40,692 nucleotides of DNA from a virus (Duplodnaviria > Caudoviricetes). The stretch covers positions 1 to 40,692 of the IMG/VR virus record IMGVR_UViG_3300006040_000004. One strand, 5' to 3'. Positions 35,762-40,692 of the stretch are shown here, in pieces. The position numbers were made by a program, and so were the translations under genes. Position 1 is the stretch's first letter. Each line of letters begins with the position of its first letter. The notes beneath the pieces are model-generated. The model searched no databases. It saw only the letters and a list, made by a program, of their open reading frames with translations, and was not told where the DNA came from.

Positions 35762-36249
35762 GGCAAATTCCTCGCAATGTATACTTCGTCGTGCGTGATT
35801 CCGCCCTCATAAAGTAGAGTAGCTGGCGCGGCGTCAGTACCTATCGCGCTGGATGCTAATATCTTTTCGATGTATGTGGCTGGACGCTTCCACAAAACTG
35901 CCAATGAGGCGCGCGTTAGAGTGCCACCCGCGCCGCTGAAAATGTCATCGAAGAAAGCGCGATTAGATGCCTGCGAAGGATTGACGCCATCCAATAAGTA
36001 GTGCGCCAAGGCCATCAAGCGGTTTGTGTTGGCGGTGGTGAGGCCCCCCATCTCGGAGGAATTAAACGCTTTCCTGATGGAGCCAATTGGTACCCCAGAC
36101 TTCCAGACGGTGAAAACCGGGACGGCATCCTTTTCTAGGAGCCTCGCAATTGCGTAAACCCCATCTCCAGTGTTCGGGAAAGCGTTAAGCACTGGATCGG
36201 CGTTAATCGCGTTTTTAATTAAAAGACTCTGGGCGAGTGTTAGTGACAT
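35758..36249 (-). CDS. Hypothetical virion protein
   Basis: AAGGAG RBS. Confidence 0.65.
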   Translation of the reverse strand: MSLTLAQSLLIKNAINADPVLNAFPNTGDGVYAIARLLEKDAVPVFTVWKSGVPIGSIRKAFNSSEMGGLTTANTNRLMALAHYLLDGVNPSQASNRAFFDDIFSGAGGTLTRASLAVLWKRPATYIEKILASSAIGTDAAPATLLYEGGITHDEVYIARNLP

Positions 36250-36259
36250 GATGCACTCC

Positions 36260-36676
36260 TTACAGTTTAAGTATTCCAGACGCATTCCACGTAATCGTGA
36301 TGTTCCCGCCGTTCGGTGTTACTGGTAGGTTCGTCACACCGGTATCAATGAACGCGATTAACGGCCAGGTGGTATTCGCCCCGGCGTTCTTCCGGTACAG
36401 CACCAACGCTTCAACGCTGTTGCCCGTCACGGCGGTATAAGTCAGATCGGTTCCGTCGAACACGCCTGTCGCTTGCGTCTTCGTCAGAATTTCCTGATCG
36501 GTGCCCACGATCCCCGATAGGGAAGAGTAGAACTGGTGCGCCTGGCTGAAAGTGTACGCCCCGGTGTCAACGAGCGCACAGAATACGCCCGTCGCGCCTT
36601 CCGCTGAATTGAGCAGGTTGTTAGCCGTGCCCTTCATCAGTTCCTGTTTAAATAAGTCATATATCGCGTTTGCCAT
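36260..36676 (-). CDS. Virion structural protein
   Basis: MANAIYD..., LPVTPNGGNITITW..SGI. Confidence 0.7.
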   Translation of the reverse strand: MANAIYDLFKQELMKGTANNLLNSAEGATGVFCALVDTGAYTFSQAHQFYSSLSGIVGTDQEILTKTQATGVFDGTDLTYTAVTGNSVEALVLYRKNAGANTTWPLIAFIDTGVTNLPVTPNGGNITITWNASGILKL

Positions 36677-36677
36677 T

Positions 36678-38798
36678 TTAGTTTACTCCTGCTTTTGATA
36701 ATCTTACGACGTTACCGTCACGTTCAACAACATATTCCTCGCCTGACGGCGTTACGATCCGCATGGGCGGCTTCGGAGGCTTCACGGGTGGCTCGCTGGC
36801 CTCTGGCGCCGCCACGGGCGATACGCTGGCCTCTGGCGCCGCGCTGGCTCCGTTCTTCTCCATCTGCAACCGGGCAATCGCCTCGTTGCTGTCGATGTCT
36901 TTTTCCTTGAGCATCAGATCGGCTATTCTCGCCCGGCGCTCAAAGTCTCGGCCTTCCTGGTCATCGTCGAGATTCGTACTCAGTGCGGCAACCAGTTTCG
37001 CTTTCGCCAAATCGGGCGCCATCTGCGTGTCGACCACTATTTTCTGCGCTTCGGCTTGGGTTTTCTGCACGTCAGCCTGCTTCTGGGCCATATCCAGCAT
37101 CACGGCCTGTTGCTGCATCTGGTCGGCTTGCGGGTTAGGTTGCGACTGCTGTTTCATCTGTTCCAACATCTGTTCCTTATTGTGCAGCGAGGAGTTCTCG
37201 ATAACGCCCTGCATCAACACGGGGGTCAAGGGGGAGTTCGCGCCCAATGTCTGAATCAGGAACGCCAGTTGCTTCTGCTCATACTCCCGCGCGACGATAC
37301 CCAGGGTCGCGGTCGGTATGAACTTCACATCCAGCGCCGGGTATCGTTCGGGGTCGAACTGCATGTACCGCCACGCCGCCTTGTAGATGAACGGGATCAG
37401 GAACTCTTCCTGAAAGTTCACGAGGGTGCGCTTGTACTTCTTTATCATGGTGGCGGTCGCCATGTCCATGTTCCCGTCCCGTGACACCGCCGACACCTGC
37501 CCGCCCGAATCCATCGTCCCGGTCGCCATCAGCAGCATCCGTTCAAATTCCTTGCTGGTCTCCATCTGCGCGCCGTCATGCACACCAAACTTCATCGGCG
37601 TCAGGATTTCCGCCGCCGGGCCGTTAACCATGATGTTCTTGCCGGGCTGTATCTCGAAGTTGAACCCCCTCGGCACGCGCGCGGCGTCAATCCCCATCAT
37701 GGGCACCATGAGCGCCAGACAGTCGAGGTGGGAGCGGATAGACCCGTCGATAGCGGCCTGCATGTTGAGCGACTTCTCCGCCGTCCCACGTCCCAGCAGG
37801 CGGTTCGGGACGGTATCTGCCTGGTAGCATACCACTGGCCGGTCGGCCATCATGTAGGGTGATTTTTCGGCCTTGAGGATCGCAGCTCCGTTCGCCACGA
37901 TGATAATCGCTTCGACCATCCCTTCGTAGTCTTCGGTGTCGTCCGCGCGGGGGGACTCACGCAGCAGATGTCCTGGGACGAGGCCGTAGTACGTCAACAG
38001 CATCACCTTGTCGTCGCGGTAGTTCGATGTCTCCTGCGTCGCTTCGAGGGAGTCGTCTTTGTAGAGCGTCGAGATTTCGATGTCTCGGTACATCTCTCCG
38101 CTTATGCCTTCCCGGATTTTGTGGATCGAGAGGTACTTCTCGATGGCGACACCCATGCAGTCGTCTATTGAGGTGCCGTTCGGGTCAAAAAGGAAGTTGT
38201 TCGGATTAACGGGGGTGATCTTGATAGACACACGTTCTTTTTCCCCCACGCCGTATGCCGCCATCTGGCCCGCCACGGGGAACTGCATCGGGGTGTACTG
38301 CTTCTGTGTCGAGACGGTGATCTCGCCAATGCCCGTCCCGTATATCTCGGCCAGTAGTGAAATGCTCTCGATGGACTTACGGATTTTATCTTGGGCGAAG
38401 TCTTCTTTCAGTTGATTTTTTAGCTTTTCAACGTCGAGTTTCGTCCCGGTGGCGTCTTGGAGATCATCCGCTATGTCAAAATACTCGCCCTGGCCGAAGA
38501 TCGCCTCCATGATCTCCGCATGGCGCGTCTCTATGGCCTGCTGGGTCGCGGGGGAGACGATTTTCGAGCGTTCCGACCCCCTGGTCTTATCTGAACCATC
38601 CCATTTCCCCCGGAAGTTACGTTCGTACTTACGCCAGTCGTCGGCATAGTTCTGGTCACGGTAGTCGCGCCATCGGTCAGTGTGGTCGACAACGAACTTA
38701 AGCAGGTCGCGGTCGTTTTCGGTCGGCTCGTAGTATTTCTTCGCATCGGGCGCCAGAATGTCGATGATCTCCGCGTCTGTTTCGTCATGAACAATCAT
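36678..38798 (-). CDS. Portal protein
   Basis: Follows TerL; YGTGI, NFLFDPN, GRG.AEK motifs; Gln-rich C-terminal coiled coil. Confidence 0.9.
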   Translation of the reverse strand: MIVHDETDAEIIDILAPDAKKYYEPTENDRDLLKFVVDHTDRWRDYRDQNYADDWRKYERNFRGKWDGSDKTRGSERSKIVSPATQQAIETRHAEIMEAIFGQGEYFDIADDLQDATGTKLDVEKLKNQLKEDFAQDKIRKSIESISLLAEIYGTGIGEITVSTQKQYTPMQFPVAGQMAAYGVGEKERVSIKITPVNPNNFLFDPNGTSIDDCMGVAIEKYLSIHKIREGISGEMYRDIEISTLYKDDSLEATQETSNYRDDKVMLLTYYGLVPGHLLRESPRADDTEDYEGMVEAIIIVANGAAILKAEKSPYMMADRPVVCYQADTVPNRLLGRGTAEKSLNMQAAIDGSIRSHLDCLALMVPMMGIDAARVPRGFNFEIQPGKNIMVNGPAAEILTPMKFGVHDGAQMETSKEFERMLLMATGTMDSGGQVSAVSRDGNMDMATATMIKKYKRTLVNFQEEFLIPFIYKAAWRYMQFDPERYPALDVKFIPTATLGIVAREYEQKQLAFLIQTLGANSPLTPVLMQGVIENSSLHNKEQMLEQMKQQSQPNPQADQMQQQAVMLDMAQKQADVQKTQAEAQKIVVDTQMAPDLAKAKLVAALSTNLDDDQEGRDFERRARIADLMLKEKDIDSNEAIARLQMEKNGASAAPEASVSPVAAPEASEPPVKPPKPPMRIVTPSGEEYVVERDGNVVRLSKAGVN

Positions 38799-38809
38799 CG
38801 CCTGCTCCT

Positions 38810-40093
38810 CTAAATGCCGCTCATCTCATCCATCGGTTCCCACGCCCCTTGAGGGGTATCGGAGAACCGATGGTAACTCGTCTTCTGTAGGTGCGAGATC
38901 ATACTCATCGCGTCCAACAAATCGTCGTGGACGCGCTTTGAGGGGAACGCGATCATTTCGCGCCGCAGCTCATCCCAGTTTTCATCCGGGTTAAACGCTA
39001 TCCTACCGTGTTCCAGTAGTCCTTGCAACGCATATACGATCCGATCCTCTTTCGAGGAATTGCCGATGGGGATGGCGTTTATGTGCGCGTACACTCCATT
39101 CTTCCGCATGAGGTCTTCAAGATACGGGAGGAGTGCCCGCATCAACGGCCCCCGTTCGATCCCGATGGACACGGGTTTGTGTGACCGTATCGCCATCAGT
39201 ACGCGGACTGCGGCCTCTCGCACGTCCCATCGACCGTAATCTATCTTCTGAACCCACCACGTACCGTCATCATAGACCCGCACGACGCAGATTGCAAAGT
39301 AATCAAGGTGACTCTTCTTCGTCCCCGCCTCGACCGCCGTGTACCCCGCCGGGTCAATCGCGATGTACGTCGAGTACTCCCGTCCTGGAGGAGCGGGGCG
39401 GGTCTTGAACCACTCCAGCCGCAGCAGATTCGACCCGGCGGTATCCCACGACGCCATGAACTCGCGCTGGAACTGGGCGTAACTCAGCGTTCTCTTCGCC
39501 GTCTCGATCTCGTCACGGTCGATGTACGGGTTATCGTATGTCGTCAGGTGCCACGACCGCCACCCCGGCAGGTGGGTGTCACTGTCTGGCCGCCCGAGGT
39601 CATCGAGCGCCCGGAACTCTTCCGCTTCAGGATGCGGCGTCCCTATGAACAGCGCGCCCCCCTTCATGTCGGCCAGCGAGGGGCTGACGATGCTCTCCCA
39701 CGTCCCCCGCTTGATGTCCTTCATCTCGTCAAGCACAGCGTAGAATAATTTCTTGCCGCGCAGCCGGTCGGGTTTGTCCGCCCCCCGAATTTGCAGCTTA
39801 ACTCCGTTCTTCAACGTGATGTCGCCGTCGTTGACGTGCGCGGACGCCATCAAGGGCCTCGCCAGGTCAGTGACCAAATCCCACATCAGGTCATACGCCA
39901 TTCCCTGGGTGGGTGCGATGTATATTACCCTCGCGTCGGTCGAGGGGCACTCCATCCCTTTCGTTATCAGCTTAATGGCGGATAACCGCGTTTTACCGCA
40001 ACGTCTCCCCGCCACGATGACCTTAAACCGTACGTCTGCCTGGTACACCTCCCGCTGCCACGGCGTCAGGTCGTATGTGACCCCCGTGTTCAC
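38810..40093 (-). CDS. terL: Terminase large subunit
   Basis: AGRRCGKT, LRG, VLDE, FIGTP, AIDPAG, HDDLLDA. Confidence 0.95.
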   Translation of the reverse strand: MNTGVTYDLTPWQREVYQADVRFKVIVAGRRCGKTRLSAIKLITKGMECPSTDARVIYIAPTQGMAYDLMWDLVTDLARPLMASAHVNDGDITLKNGVKLQIRGADKPDRLRGKKLFYAVLDEMKDIKRGTWESIVSPSLADMKGGALFIGTPHPEAEEFRALDDLGRPDSDTHLPGWRSWHLTTYDNPYIDRDEIETAKRTLSYAQFQREFMASWDTAGSNLLRLEWFKTRPAPPGREYSTYIAIDPAGYTAVEAGTKKSHLDYFAICVVRVYDDGTWWVQKIDYGRWDVREAAVRVLMAIRSHKPVSIGIERGPLMRALLPYLEDLMRKNGVYAHINAIPIGNSSKEDRIVYALQGLLEHGRIAFNPDENWDELRREMIAFPSKRVHDDLLDAMSMISHLQKTSYHRFSDTPQGAWEPMDEMSGI

Positions 40094-40536
40094 GTATGTC
40101 CCAGCACAGGACGTTCTAGTTCGGGGTGTGTCGAGCCGATCACTATGGTGAAACTTACCCCGCCCTCAAATCCCTTCTGCTTCACGTCGCCGTAAGTCCC
40201 CGCGTCCCACTTTCCCGCCACCTTCAACAAGTGCTCCGCCTTGAACTTCGATCCCTCTGGCTTCTCCGCTTCGTCCAGGCTGTCATGCACAAGGGTATCG
40301 GCGCGAGCGCGTAGGCCGCTACGGTACGCCGACATCCGGGAGGGTTCAGCGTCCAGCCACTCGAACAGCACCACGTAGCTCACACCGAGCGTTTCGGCGA
40401 TCTTCCGCAGCCCGCCACGGTTGGCGCTCATCTCAAGCACCAAGTCAAGCACAGTGTCTTCCCCGCTCAGGTCGATGAGGGTGGTTAGAACTTTTCGGCT
40501 GAGTGCCGTACCGTGAACGGAGGTGGTGGGGAGCAT
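40090..40536 (-). CDS. terS: Terminase small subunit
   Basis: HTH LRKIAETLGVSYVVLFEWL; directly upstream of terL. Confidence 0.75.
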   Translation of the reverse strand: MLPTTSVHGTALSRKVLTTLIDLSGEDTVLDLVLEMSANRGGLRKIAETLGVSYVVLFEWLDAEPSRMSAYRSGLRARADTLVHDSLDEAEKPEGSKFKAEHLLKVAGKWDAGTYGDVKQKGFEGGVSFTIVIGSTHPELERPVLGHT

Positions 40537-40542
40537 GACACA

Positions 40543-40571
40543 ACAATACACGTTTGGTAGGGGTATGGCAA
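40543..40571 (-). promoter_or_regulatory. Sigma70-type promoter for the packaging/structural operon
   Basis: TTGCCA-17 bp-TATTGT on the minus strand. Confidence 0.55.
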
Positions 40572-40692
40572 GAGGGGGTTTTTTTTTCACTTTTTTTCCA
40601 CAGCGCTCCACGCTCCACGATTTTTCACTTTTTTCGTATGGAGGGGTGTACCCCCAAATAACCGCCGATCGCTCCATACCTTCCCCCCCCCC

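Larger units (their letters stand above)
1..40692. mobile_element. Tailed dsDNA phage genome (podovirus-like), apparently near complete
   Basis: TerS/TerL, portal, scaffold, major capsid, tail tube proteins, ejection proteins, endolysin and a full replication module are present; no host genes; no tape measure protein. Confidence 0.93.

Noticed and set aside
40537-40677. N-terminal extension of terS given in the ORF track
   Set aside because: It spans a promoter-like, homopolymer-rich region; ATG 40536 is more plausible
1-40692. Phage-encoded integron integrase, other recombinase or reverse transcriptase (DGR/retron)
   Set aside because: No ORF shows R-H-x-x-R-H-Y, serine recombinase or YxDD motifs by inspection

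Overview
The window looks like a complete or near-complete ~40.7 kb tailed, podovirus-like phage genome. It has an early small-gene region (0.1-2.9 kb) and a divergently transcribed replication module (primase-helicase, C5 methyltransferase, TetR-like HTH, VRR-NUC, SF2 helicase | DUF2800-like nuclease, SSB, family A polymerase). A minus-strand lysis/structural/packaging module follows (endolysin, two tailspike-like proteins, tail tube proteins, ejection proteins, capsid, scaffold, portal, TerL, TerS). No integrase was recognised. The most notable feature is two integron-like gene-cassette arrays inside the replication operons (6.96-9.96 kb, about 9 genes; 16.7-17.4 kb, 1-2 cassettes). Single ORFs alternate with attC-type hairpins, the ORFs lie antisense to the intact attC top strands, and each array is capped by the same 26-bp attI/dif-like palindrome. 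One gene in the larger array encodes a clear Acb2 (anti-CBASS) homolog. The methyltransferase also carries a long overlapping ORF that appears to supply motif IX. All protein calls come from motif recognition by eye, not database searches.
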